From NCBI GenBank assembly GCA_034723415.1, contig JAYEOX010000087.1, positions 1-42,606 of the forward strand: a stretch of 42,606 nt of DNA, given 5' to 3'. Below are positions 10,678 through 19,525 of this stretch, in pieces (positions within the stretch are counted from its first letter, which is position 1; the number at the start of each line of letters is the position of its first letter). Both the position numbers and the translations under genes were made by a program. The stretch is from Fidelibacterota bacterium. GTDB taxonomy: Bacteria > Fidelibacterota > Fidelibacteria > Fidelibacterales > Fidelibacteraceae. The notes beneath the pieces were generated by a model, which saw nothing but the letters and a program-made list of their open reading frames with translations, did no database searches and was not told the origin of the DNA.

Positions 10678-10761
10678 TGATTGTTTTAATATAGTTGATA
10701 ACATAGAATTAATTTTTTTCTGTTTTGAATTAAAAAATCATTAATAAAAGGGAAGTAGGAA

Positions 10762-11162
10762 ATAAAAAAATCACTAAAAATTATTATAATTTTACTATTG
10801 AGTTTATCTTTATTTTCATGTTCTGAGAATAAAGTTATAGAATCTGGTAATTTAAAAATTATAAAAAAATCGGTCAAGAATATTGAAGATATTGAATCAA
10901 TTGATTCCAATTTGGTAAAACCTGTTGATTATATCAATGTACTTTCATTAAGTAAATTACCTATTCACGAAAAGAAAAAGAAGTTTATAACCTTTTTAGA
11001 AAAATAAGAGCAAAAACTCAAAATCCATATAAAGTAATTAAAGGTCTTGACACATATTGTGAATTGGGTGAAAAATATGTTACTAAACTTAGAAATCAAA
11101 TTAGTTACAATAAATTTAAACAATATGATGAATATGAGATATATCCTGAATACTTAAAGTGA
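10762..11162 (+). pseudogene. Internally deleted, frameshifted Bax/glucosaminidase-like lipoprotein remnant
   Basis: First frame from ATA 10762 reads IKKSLKIIIILLLSLSLFSC (lipobox)...EKKKKFI, stop at 11007. Second frame 10986-11162 reads YNLFRKIRAKTQNPYKVIKGLDTYCELGEKYVTKLRNQISYNKFKQYD..., resembling a GH73/Bax C-terminus (recalled similarity). Confidence 0.6.
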
Positions 11163-11260
11163 AACAAGATACAACATTTATAAAATTTTTGATTTTCAAT
11201 AAAATGAATTTTTATTCTATCAATTATAAATAGTTTCCCCAAAAATATTAAATAAAATAT

Positions 11261-11289
11261 TTGCAAATATATAAAATATTTTATATATT
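11261..11289 (+). promoter_or_regulatory. Candidate sigma70 promoter for glutaredoxin-groES
   Basis: TTGCAA-N17-TATATT. Confidence 0.3.
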
Positions 11290-11339
11290 TAAAGATTGAA
11301 AAATGGGAATTAATTAAGAAAAAGGACGTTAGTATTGCA

Positions 11340-11576
11340 ATGAAAAAAATTATAGTATTTACAACACCAACATGCTCCTATTGCAGAACTTTAAAAAGTT
11401 ATTTGAAAAAGAATAGAGTAAGATTTAAAGAAGTTGATGTTTCGAGAGATCAGAAAGCAGCTATGGATATGAAGAGAAAGAGTGGGCAACAAGGTGTCCC
11501 GCAAACTTGGATAAATAATCGGCCAATAGTTGGATTTGATAGGCCGAAAATAGATAGAATGTTAAACTTAAAATAA
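11340..11576 (+). CDS. Glutaredoxin-like protein (NrdH/YruB family)
   Basis: TPTCSYC, GQQGVP, IVGFD. Confidence 0.9.
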   Translation: MKKIIVFTTPTCSYCRTLKSYLKKNRVRFKEVDVSRDQKAAMDMKRKSGQQGVPQTWINNRPIVGFDRPKIDRMLNLK

Positions 11577-11588
11577 AGGAGAGATAGA

Positions 11589-11861
11589 ATGAAAATAAAA
11601 CCATTAGACGATCGTGTATTAATAGAAATTATTCCGGAAGAAAATAAAACCAAAAGTGGAATAATAATTCCTGATACTGCAAAAGAAAAACCAAAAATTG
11701 GAAAAGTTGTTGCAGTTGGCACAGATGAAGATCTACAAGAATTGATCAAAAAGAATATGAAAGTTCTTTTTGGTAAATATTCAGGTGAAGAAATAAAAAT
11801 AGACGGGAAAGATCATTTGCTTTTACAAAGAAGTGATATACTTGGTATAGTTGAAAAATAA
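11589..11861 (+). CDS. groES: Co-chaperonin GroES
   Basis: KPLDDRVLI, KTKSGIIIPDTAKEKP, KYSGEEIK, DILGIV. Confidence 0.95.
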   Translation: MKIKPLDDRVLIEIIPEENKTKSGIIIPDTAKEKPKIGKVVAVGTDEDLQELIKKNMKVLFGKYSGEEIKIDGKDHLLLQRSDILGIVEK

Positions 11862-11905
11862 TTAAGATTATTAAGTGTTTAATTAATAATTAATTGGTTT
11901 TTAAA

Positions 11906-11935
11906 TTGACTTTTAACTATTTTTAATATTATATT
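11906..11935 (+). promoter_or_regulatory. Candidate sigma70 promoter for rpsT
   Basis: TTGACT-N18-TATATT. Confidence 0.35.
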
Positions 11936-11969
11936 AAACAAAATAAAGAAAATAGAAAATAGGAGAAAA

Positions 11970-12224
11970 ATGGCGCATCCATTATCAACAAAAAAAAGAA
12001 TAAGACAAGCTAATAAGGCTAGATTAAAAAATAATATGAATGAAAATAGGATGAAAACATTAGTGAAAAATGTTAGTAAAGCGGAAAATAAATCAGAAGC
12101 AGAAAGTAATTTACTAAAAGCTATCTCGTTTGTAGATAAAATGGCTCAAAAGCATGTTATTCATAAAAATAAAGCATCTCATATTAAATCAAGAATGCAA
12201 AAAGTTGTTAATGAGATGAAATAA
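11970..12224 (+). CDS. rpsT: 30S ribosomal protein S20
   Basis: STKKRIRQ, DKMAQKHVIHKNKASHIKSR; 84 aa, basic. Confidence 0.93.
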   Translation: MAHPLSTKKRIRQANKARLKNNMNENRMKTLVKNVSKAENKSEAESNLLKAISFVDKMAQKHVIHKNKASHIKSRMQKVVNEMK

Positions 12225-12266
12225 TTTGATTTTCTCATAGAATAGAAGATTAGCAATTAAAATAAG

Positions 12267-12294
12267 AGGCAGTAGATAGTTCTACTGCTTTTTT
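12267..12294 (+). terminator. Intrinsic terminator after rpsT
   Basis: GCAGTAGA-TAGT-TCTACTGC stem followed by a T run. Confidence 0.8.
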
Positions 12295-12347
12295 ATATTA
12301 TATTTAATTTTTAAAAAATCTTATTTTATGTATTTTTAATAGTTGCT

Positions 12348-13664
12348 TTACTTTTCTAATCCCATCATTGTTCTGCAAGTCTTTGTATAAAGGTTACGGA
12401 AAATATTATTCGGGTCAGTTTTTCGCTTAACCTTGTCGTAATTCTTCTTATTCCAGATTTTCCAGAAGTCTGATTCAGAGTAATAATTGTTTGAGATGAG
12501 AGTCTTAATTCCTCTGATATTCATCAGTTCATCTTCTATGACCTTGTAATAGTTTTTATCACTTTTCTTTTTCATTCCATAAATGGCCAGATCCAAAATA
12601 AGCTTATCTTTTATATTGCGTAAGAAATTATCGGATATCCATTCATATCCCCGGACAAACTTGTATGGCACACACCATAATGGGAAGTGATTCACTTCTT
12701 TTTTATACCATTCCATAAAATTGCTGACTTTCGAAAATGGTATAAAGAGATCAACTGTGATAGGAATTTTGTTAGACGGGATCAACCGGCGAAACTTTTC
12801 AACTAATTTCAATGTTCTTGTAGAATTTATAAGTTTCCCGAAAAAAAATCTGCCCAAGAAGGACTTAGGATTTACATTAGTCACACCCTTGTTATATCTG
12901 AAAAAGTAATCAGGTGTTTTAAGATAATCCTCTTTTCTCTTTTTTGTGCTAATATAGTAAATTCTCATCCAGTCATAATTATGTGTATATGGTGCATTAT
13001 CGACAAAATCCGCTACACTAAGTACGTATTCTGTTGGCGAGTGTATGATTCCATCCATAAAATCAATATCCTTATTCTCATAGTGTCCCCATATGGCTGA
13101 TTTATAATCTTCAATATTATTATATTTTTCGTATGTTACCTTCACGAATGGCTTGGCTGGTATCAGCTTAAATTTTAGTTTTGAAATGATACCAAGTGTT
13201 CCGAAAGTGCCGTGTACCATCTGGAATAATAGGTTGTTTTCATTGCCAGGAGTGCAGATCAACACATCACCTTTTGCAGTGATTATTTCGTATTCAAGAC
13301 AAGTATCATGAAATCCGCCGTATTTATAAGACATTGACTCTATTGAGCAACCTGCAACTGCTCCACCGATTGTGATTGTCTTCAACTCCGGCACAATAAT
13401 AGGAACAAGGCCGTATTTCATCGTCGCAGTTACCAAATCAATAAAAGTAACGCCGGGTTCTGCAGTACAAATTCGCTTTTCCGTGTTAATATGGAGAATT
13501 TCGTTCAAGCCGCTGAGGTCGATCTTCTCGTCTGAATGTCTCTTATCACTCAGTTTAGGGACTTCATGAGAAACAGTTTTTTTCTTTAATGATATTGGTT
13601 TCGTGCTTTTGCGTTCTTTTAATTGTTTTATAATTCTATTTATCTTTTGTTTATGAGTTGACAT
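12348..13664 (-). CDS. FAD-binding oxidoreductase (VAO/PCMH family, delta-24-sterol-reductase-like)
   Basis: AEPGVT, VPELKTITIGGAVAGCSIESMS, GTFGTLG, PLWCVP, DPNNIFRNLYTK. Confidence 0.82.
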   Translation of the reverse strand: MSTHKQKINRIIKQLKERKSTKPISLKKKTVSHEVPKLSDKRHSDEKIDLSGLNEILHINTEKRICTAEPGVTFIDLVTATMKYGLVPIIVPELKTITIGGAVAGCSIESMSYKYGGFHDTCLEYEIITAKGDVLICTPGNENNLLFQMVHGTFGTLGIISKLKFKLIPAKPFVKVTYEKYNNIEDYKSAIWGHYENKDIDFMDGIIHSPTEYVLSVADFVDNAPYTHNYDWMRIYYISTKKRKEDYLKTPDYFFRYNKGVTNVNPKSFLGRFFFGKLINSTRTLKLVEKFRRLIPSNKIPITVDLFIPFSKVSNFMEWYKKEVNHFPLWCVPYKFVRGYEWISDNFLRNIKDKLILDLAIYGMKKKSDKNYYKVIEDELMNIRGIKTLISNNYYSESDFWKIWNKKNYDKVKRKTDPNNIFRNLYTKTCRTMMGLEK

Positions 13665-13807
13665 ATTTTACACAGATTATAAATTAAAGATTTTAGTTAT
13701 CTACTTATCACAACATTAAAAACATTTTAATTTAGTAATAAAATTGAAAATAAACAAAGATTTTTATCAAATTTTTGAATTTAGCCGCTTCAATTAAAAA
13801 AATGTTT

Positions 13808-13842
13808 AGTATCAAGTATCAAGTATCAAGTATCAATTATCA
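13808..13842 (-). repeat. Heptamer tandem repeat TGATAAT + (TGATACT)x4 starting at the queC stop
   Basis: The + strand reads AGTATCA x4 then ATTATCA. Confidence 0.9.
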
Positions 13843-14496
13843 CACATTTAAAAATTCTTCATATCCCTTTTTTCTCAATAAGCAAGCCGGACATTTACCA
13901 CATCCAAATCCCCAGTCATGAAGTGTAGAGCGGTCGCCGTTATAACAAGTGTGTGTATCTTTTTTAATAATATCTATAACTCCCAGATCATCGGATAATT
14001 TCCAAATTCCGGCTTTGGATAAATTTTGTAATGGCGTAATTATTTTTATATTTTTCTCAAGACCGAGTTGTAAAGATTTTTCCATAGAGTTTATAAAGTC
14101 GCCTCGGCAATCTGGATATCCGGAATAATCTTCTTCATTTACTCCAATAATAATGTCTGTAATGTCACTTTTATAAGCAACAGCAGCAGCATAAGATAAA
14201 AATATTATATTTCTACCGGGTACAAATGTGTTTGGAATTTTTTTAGAGGAATCATCCATTTTTATATTATTAGTTAACGAATTTCCACCAATTTTTTTGA
14301 AAGCAGGAATAGTAAATTCATGTAATGTTGTTGATGTTTTTTCTGCAATATTTTTTGCACATTCATATTCTATTTCATGTCGTTGAGAATAGTGGAAAAA
14401 TATTCCCTCTATTTCATTATATCTCTTTTTTGCCCAGTATAGACAAGTTGTAGAATCTTGTCCGCCCGATAATAATACGATTGTTTTTTTCTTCAT
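13840..14496 (-). CDS. queC: 7-cyano-7-deazaguanine synthase
   Basis: LSGGQDSTTC, TFVPGRN, YSGYPDCR, TCYNG...CGKCPAC. Confidence 0.95.
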   Translation of the reverse strand: MKKKTIVLLSGGQDSTTCLYWAKKRYNEIEGIFFHYSQRHEIEYECAKNIAEKTSTTLHEFTIPAFKKIGGNSLTNNIKMDDSSKKIPNTFVPGRNIIFLSYAAAVAYKSDITDIIIGVNEEDYSGYPDCRGDFINSMEKSLQLGLEKNIKIITPLQNLSKAGIWKLSDDLGVIDIIKKDTHTCYNGDRSTLHDWGFGCGKCPACLLRKKGYEEFLNV

Positions 14497-14601
14497 AAAA
14501 TCAATATTTCCTTTTAATTAAAAGAGGTCTTTGATTAGTTTAATAAATATATTTCCATTTTATAATTTGTATTATTTTATTGTTCTTTGTTATTATTTCT
14601 T

Positions 14602-14651
14602 AACTTCTAACCTACTAACCCACTAAACTTCTAAACCTTTTCTAATCTTTA
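14602..14651 (-). repeat. Degenerate octamer tandem repeat (TAGAAGTT-like)
   Basis: Minus strand: ...TAGAAGTT TAGTGGGT TAGTAGGT TAGAAGTT. Confidence 0.75.
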
Positions 14652-14704
14652 AACCTCTTTTTGATTTTTATTATTTGATTTAGTTATACAAATTTCTCTA
14701 TAAC

Positions 14705-15325
14705 TTAAAGTGTACCAATAATTTTATTTGTTTGTAGTGTTAGTCTCCATTTTGGATGTTTTTTAACATATTCGTAACAATATTTTGCTACATTTATATC
14801 AAAAAAATTTGCCGATTCCGTACCAATTTCTTTATTATGTGTTGGATTTTTTGGACTGATATAATAATGATCTGCTTTGATCCCATAAGAATTTGGAATT
14901 TCATCTATGCCGATAACACATTTAACTTCATTGCATTTATCAATCTTTATTTTATCATTTTTGGGTGAAACGGTTATCCAATCAAAATAATCATGTTGTA
15001 TATCGAACATTCCATTTGTTTCAATTGCTAATTTATATCCTTCATCTGATAATTTTTTTGCCAATTCGGTTATGTCTTGTAATAATGGTTCTCCACCTGT
15101 GAATATTATATACTTCGACGGAAAATTTTCAATATTATTAAGTATTTCTGAAATATTCATTTCGATTCCAGATAAAAACTCAGTGTCGCAAAAATCACAT
15201 CTTAAATTGCAATTAGAAAAACGAATAAATATTGAAGGTGTACCGGATAAGAACCCTTCTGCTTGAACACTGTAAAATATATCGTTTATTTTGTATAAAT
15301 TACTTGATTTGTTGGTGTTTCCCAT
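14705..15325 (-). CDS. queE: 7-carboxy-7-deazaguanine synthase (radical SAM)
   Basis: IFYSVQAEG, FIRFSNCNLRCDFCDT, TGGEP, IETNG, TVSPK. Confidence 0.9.
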   Translation of the reverse strand: MGNTNKSSNLYKINDIFYSVQAEGFLSGTPSIFIRFSNCNLRCDFCDTEFLSGIEMNISEILNNIENFPSKYIIFTGGEPLLQDITELAKKLSDEGYKLAIETNGMFDIQHDYFDWITVSPKNDKIKIDKCNEVKCVIGIDEIPNSYGIKADHYYISPKNPTHNKEIGTESANFFDINVAKYCYEYVKKHPKWRLTLQTNKIIGTL

Positions 15326-15684
15326 AACCTCACTTTTTCAATTTTTAATAATTTATTTAATTTATCATAAATCCATTTTGCCAGATTTTCGGCTGTTGTT
15401 TCATAAGGGAAAACGTTATATCTCAAAACTTTTGGGAAATTATCTAATAATAATGGATCATATTTATAAATTGCTGTTGTGTGATCGAGTTTATCAATAA
15501 CATTTTTATTTACAATTTTTTTTATATCACCAAAATCAATTATTATTCCATTTTTATCAATATTTCCCGATATCGTTATTTCTAATTTATATGTATGACC
15601 ATGTAGATTTCTACATTTTCCATTATGGAAAGTTAATCTGTGTGCCATCGAAAAATTAAATATTTTTGAAATATGTGTTTTCAT
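15286..15684 (-). CDS. queD: 6-carboxytetrahydropterin synthase
   Basis: AHRL..HNGKCRNLHGHTY, LDH, TTAENLA, WETP; AGGAG RBS. Confidence 0.92.
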   Translation of the reverse strand: MKTHISKIFNFSMAHRLTFHNGKCRNLHGHTYKLEITISGNIDKNGIIIDFGDIKKIVNKNVIDKLDHTTAIYKYDPLLLDNFPKVLRYNVFPYETTAENLAKWIYDKLNKLLKIEKVRLWETPTNQVIYTK

Positions 15685-15799
15685 AATTTAATCACTCCTT
15701 AAAATACTTCGAAATATAATAATAACATTTTATAAATAAAAACTAACTTTTTTATTTTTTTTTATTTAAATTATAGATATAAAAAATTGGAAGGAAAAA

Positions 15800-16744
15800 A
15801 TGAAGGTAAAATTTTGGGGAGTTAGGGGATCAATACCAACTCCAATAACAGATAAAATATTTAAGACCAAATTGAGATCAATATTAAATGATATTACGAT
15901 AGATGATATATCTACATCTAAAAAGAAGAACAAGTTTATTGAAGATCTATCATTTGATAAAACTATTATTGGTGGTAATACTCCTTGTGTTGAACTGCAA
16001 ATAGATAAAAAATTATTTATTTTTGATATGGGAAGTGGAATTATTCAATTAGGGAATTATTTAGCAAAGAAACAAAGAGAGGGTGGCCTCGATTTGCATA
16101 TTTTTATTAGTCATACTCACTGGGATCATATCTCGGGATTACCTTTTTTTAAACCGGCATTTTATTCAAATAATAAAATTACTTTTTATTCACCAATTCC
16201 TAATTTGGAAAAAAGATTAATCTTACAGCAAGATCCAAAATATTTTCCTATTTCTTTAGATGATTGTGCTGCTAAGAAAAAGTTTGTCCAATTGGATAAA
16301 AATGGAACCATAGAAATTGATGGCGTTAAAATTGAAAATATTTTACAATATCATCCGGGGAGTTCTTATGGATACAGAATTAAGAGTAATGGAAAAACCG
16401 TTATATATTCAACTGACAGCGAACATAAACACAAAAGAAATGAACAAAATGGAATATTTATTAATTTTTTTCAAGATGCTGATATTTTAATTTTTGATGC
16501 TCAATATACATTAGAAGAGGCAATAAATAAAAAAGATTGGGGACATAGTTCTGCGTTAACCGGAATTGATCTTGCAGTAAAATCTAATGTAAAAAAACTT
16601 ATTTTATTTCATCACGAGCCGGATAATGATGATAAGACGATTTATAAAATATTAACTCAATCAATTAAATATAAAAAAGAAAAATATCCCAATATTAATT
16701 TAGAAATATTACTTGCATACGAAGGATTAGAGATAGATTTATAA
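15800..16744 (+). CDS. MBL-fold metallohydrolase (putative cyclic-nucleotide phosphodiesterase/RNase Z-like)
   Basis: FWGVRGSIP, GGNTPCVE, SHTHWDHISG, HPG, TDSEH, DAQY, WGHS, FHHEP. Confidence 0.85.
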   Translation: MKVKFWGVRGSIPTPITDKIFKTKLRSILNDITIDDISTSKKKNKFIEDLSFDKTIIGGNTPCVELQIDKKLFIFDMGSGIIQLGNYLAKKQREGGLDLHIFISHTHWDHISGLPFFKPAFYSNNKITFYSPIPNLEKRLILQQDPKYFPISLDDCAAKKKFVQLDKNGTIEIDGVKIENILQYHPGSSYGYRIKSNGKTVIYSTDSEHKHKRNEQNGIFINFFQDADILIFDAQYTLEEAINKKDWGHSSALTGIDLAVKSNVKKLILFHHEPDNDDKTIYKILTQSIKYKKEKYPNINLEILLAYEGLEIDL

Positions 16745-17908
16745 ATTATCTACTGCTTTTTTAATTTTTTTAAGAGCTTTTTCAATAATTGTTCTCGGAT
16801 ATGCAATATTTATTCTTTGAAATCCTTCGCCGCCCGGTCCGAAAGTTGGTCCGTCATTTAAACCGATTTTTGCCTTTTGAATAAAAAAGTTTTTCAATTC
16901 ATCATTAGTCATATTTAATTTTCTGCAATCCAGCCAAATTAAATAAGTAGCATCCGGAACAATTACTTCTATTTCAGGAATATTTTTCTTAAAATAATTT
17001 ACAAGAAAATCTATATTACCTTTTAAATATTCTAATAATTGTTTTAACCATTCTTCGCCATAAGTATAGGCAGATTCCAATGCAATGTTTCCAAAAATAT
17101 TTCCATAGTGAATATGTAAATTGTGAAGTAAATGATTAAATTTATTTCTGATCTTTTCATTTGGAATTATAATTACCGAAGTTGATAATCCGGCAAGATT
17201 AAATGTTTTACTCGGTGCCATACAGGTGATTGTGTTGTTTGCAATTTTAGGAGATAGAGAAGAGATTGGAATATGTGTTTTTTCATAGATCATATCTGAA
17301 TGAATTTCATCGGAAACTAACAAAACATCATTTTCTAAACATAAATTTCCTAACCGAAGCAAATTTTCTTTATTCCAAACCATTCCACCCGGATTATGGG
17401 GATTGCATAATATTAGCATTTTTATATCATTTTTAATTTTATTTTCTAAATCATCAAAATCGATTTTATATCTTCCATTTTCTAATTTCAATTGATTGTT
17501 TACTAATTTACGATTGTTATCTTTTACAGCTGAAGCAAATAAATGATAAACCGGCGGTTGAATTATGATTTTATCATCTGGATTTGTAAATGCTAAAACG
17601 GCCATATTCAATGCGGGAACGACACCGGGACTAGAAGTTATCCAATCTCTTTTTACACTCCAATTATAGCGTTCGTTCATCCAATTAATAATTGAATTAT
17701 AAAATGAGTCCGGTTTAGATGAATAACCAAAAACATGATGTTCTGTTCTTTTTTTGAGTGAATTTATAATAAAATCCGGTGTTTCAAAATCCATATCTGC
17801 AACCCACATTGGCATTATATCATTTGTGCCGAATATATCTTTAGCAATTACATATTTTGTTGCATTTGTATTTTTTCTGTTAACTATTTTGTCAAAATTG
17901 TATTTCAT
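16739..17908 (-). CDS. MalY/PatB-family PLP-dependent C-S lyase/aminotransferase
   Basis: PMWVADMDF, LCNPHNPGG, SDEIHSD, APSKTFNLAGL, TYLIWLD. Confidence 0.92.
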   Translation of the reverse strand: MKYNFDKIVNRKNTNATKYVIAKDIFGTNDIMPMWVADMDFETPDFIINSLKKRTEHHVFGYSSKPDSFYNSIINWMNERYNWSVKRDWITSSPGVVPALNMAVLAFTNPDDKIIIQPPVYHLFASAVKDNNRKLVNNQLKLENGRYKIDFDDLENKIKNDIKMLILCNPHNPGGMVWNKENLLRLGNLCLENDVLLVSDEIHSDMIYEKTHIPISSLSPKIANNTITCMAPSKTFNLAGLSTSVIIIPNEKIRNKFNHLLHNLHIHYGNIFGNIALESAYTYGEEWLKQLLEYLKGNIDFLVNYFKKNIPEIEVIVPDATYLIWLDCRKLNMTNDELKNFFIQKAKIGLNDGPTFGPGGEGFQRINIAYPRTIIEKALKKIKKAVDNL

Positions 17909-17942
17909 TATTTACCTTTGATTAAGAATTTAAAGAGGTCGC

Positions 17943-17966
17943 TCGCAAAGTCGCAAAGTCGCAAAG
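17943..17966 (+). repeat. Octamer tandem repeat (TCGCAAAG)x3
   Basis: Three perfect copies. Confidence 0.9.
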
Positions 17967-17987
17967 AAAAAATTTAGATTTTTACCA

Positions 17988-18029
17988 AATTTCACCTTTC
18001 ACCTTTCACCTTTCACTTCTCACATCTTA
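17988..18029 (-). repeat. Heptamer tandem repeat (TGAAAGG-like) starting at the epimerase stop
   Basis: Minus strand: TAAGATG TGAGAAG TGAAAGG TGAAAGG TGAAAGG TGAAATT. Confidence 0.9.
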
Positions 18030-19142
18030 TATACTTTCTATCTTTTTAATATAATCAGGATCAGGATATGCTCCGATTCCAATAATATCATCGGGGAATT
18101 CAACCATTCCATTTTTGATTGTTACACCGCCAATTATTGGTTCGTCAACATGTCCGATATTTGCATCCAGATCGAAAAATTTAACAACAGGATTTGCCAT
18201 TGCAAAATGAGAGAAGGCAGTATTCCCAAGACCGGATTCTGACATACATCCAACCATACAAGTAATATTCCCAGCTTCACAAATATTTGCAATCGCAGTT
18301 CCGTTTAAGATCCCACCGGATTTTGACAATTTAATATTTATATATGGAGCTGCTTGATATTTTATAATTTCTAATGCATCGGTAGGAGTGAAGACCGATT
18401 CGTCAGCCATTATTGGAATTGATGAATGTTGATTTATATATTTCATCCCGTCAAGATCTTTTGCTTTCAACGGTTGTTCGCAAATTTCAATATCAAGTTC
18501 TTCTAATTTTTGCAAGGATTTTACAGCAGTTACTCTATCCCAACCTTGATTTGCATCAATTCTTATTTTTACATTATCTCCAACTGCTTTTCGAATATTT
18601 CTTAATCGTTGAATATCTTCTTCTTCTGAAATTCCAACTTTTGTTTTTATAATTTTGAATCCTTGTTTTACGATTTTCATTGCTTCTTCACCGGCTTTGT
18701 CAACATCGCCGATTCCAATCGTATTGTCAGTTTCCATAGGTCGTTTATTTCCGCCGAGAAAGGCATACAGAGGAAGGTTTGCTGCTTTTGACGCAATGTC
18801 ATATAGTGCCATATCAAACGCACTCCTTATCGTAGAATTATTTGGCAAATAGGCATTCATTTTTCGAATCAGATCTGCATAAAACAATGGATTTTTCCCG
18901 ATAAATAATTCTCTTAGTTCTTTTGCAGCTGCAAAATTAATTGCCTGTGTTTCGCCGACAATTGCTCTAAATGGGCTTGCTTCACCCCAGCCGTCTAAGT
19001 CAGTATTCGTAATGATATGTATCAATACATTTTTTGGTCCGGATACTGTCATAGTAGCAATTTTTAGATCATGTTCTGCTTTAATATTCAATGGATATAT
19101 TTTAATATCTTTGATCTTTACATTTGCTGGATTATCTCTCAT
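18027..19142 (-). CDS. Dipeptide epimerase (L-Ala-D/L-Glu epimerase-like, enolase superfamily)
   Basis: GWGEA, KTKVG, DANQGW, EQP, ADES, NIKLSKSGG, GCMSE, DLD. Confidence 0.9.
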   Translation of the reverse strand: MRDNPANVKIKDIKIYPLNIKAEHDLKIATMTVSGPKNVLIHIITNTDLDGWGEASPFRAIVGETQAINFAAAKELRELFIGKNPLFYADLIRKMNAYLPNNSTIRSAFDMALYDIASKAANLPLYAFLGGNKRPMETDNTIGIGDVDKAGEEAMKIVKQGFKIIKTKVGISEEEDIQRLRNIRKAVGDNVKIRIDANQGWDRVTAVKSLQKLEELDIEICEQPLKAKDLDGMKYINQHSSIPIMADESVFTPTDALEIIKYQAAPYINIKLSKSGGILNGTAIANICEAGNITCMVGCMSESGLGNTAFSHFAMANPVVKFFDLDANIGHVDEPIIGGVTIKNGMVEFPDDIIGIGAYPDPDYIKKIESI

Positions 19143-19277
19143 TTTATTTCTCCTATAATTTATTTTTCTAACTTTTATAAGTTATCAATAAATTTGATGA
19201 TTATCAAATGTAAAAAGAAATATAAATTTGAAATTGAGGATTGTTAATAATTTGATTTGAAATTCGTAATTAAAAAG

Positions 19278-19367
19278 CGGAAGAGCCGGGATTTGAACCC
19301 GGGACACCGTTCAACACGATATACACGATTTCCAATCGTGCTCCTTCAGCCACTCGGACACTCTTCC
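19278..19367 (-). tRNA. tRNA-Ser (anticodon GGA), CCA not encoded
   Basis: Acceptor stem GGAAGAG/CTCTTCC with G discriminator; anticodon arm CACGA-TTGGAAA-TCGTG; long variable arm; T-arm CCGGG-TTCAAAT-CCCGG. Confidence 0.97.
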
Positions 19368-19525
19368 ATATTTTTGTAATGTATCCATTACATTTTTCAA
19401 ATATGGCGAAATATAAAAAATATTATTCACAAATCAACAAAATATTTTAGTATTTTTAATTTTACTTTTTTTTTCTTACATTTGAAAGCTTTTGAAAATC
19501 TTATTATTAATCTTATGGAGAAATA

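Noticed and set aside
14497..15799. preQ1 riboswitch near the que genes
   Set aside because: No compact stem with a GTTC loop and A-rich tail was seen upstream of queD or queC.
19143..19367. Integrative element at tRNA-Ser
   Set aside because: No integrase and no duplicated tRNA 3' end were noticed in the window.
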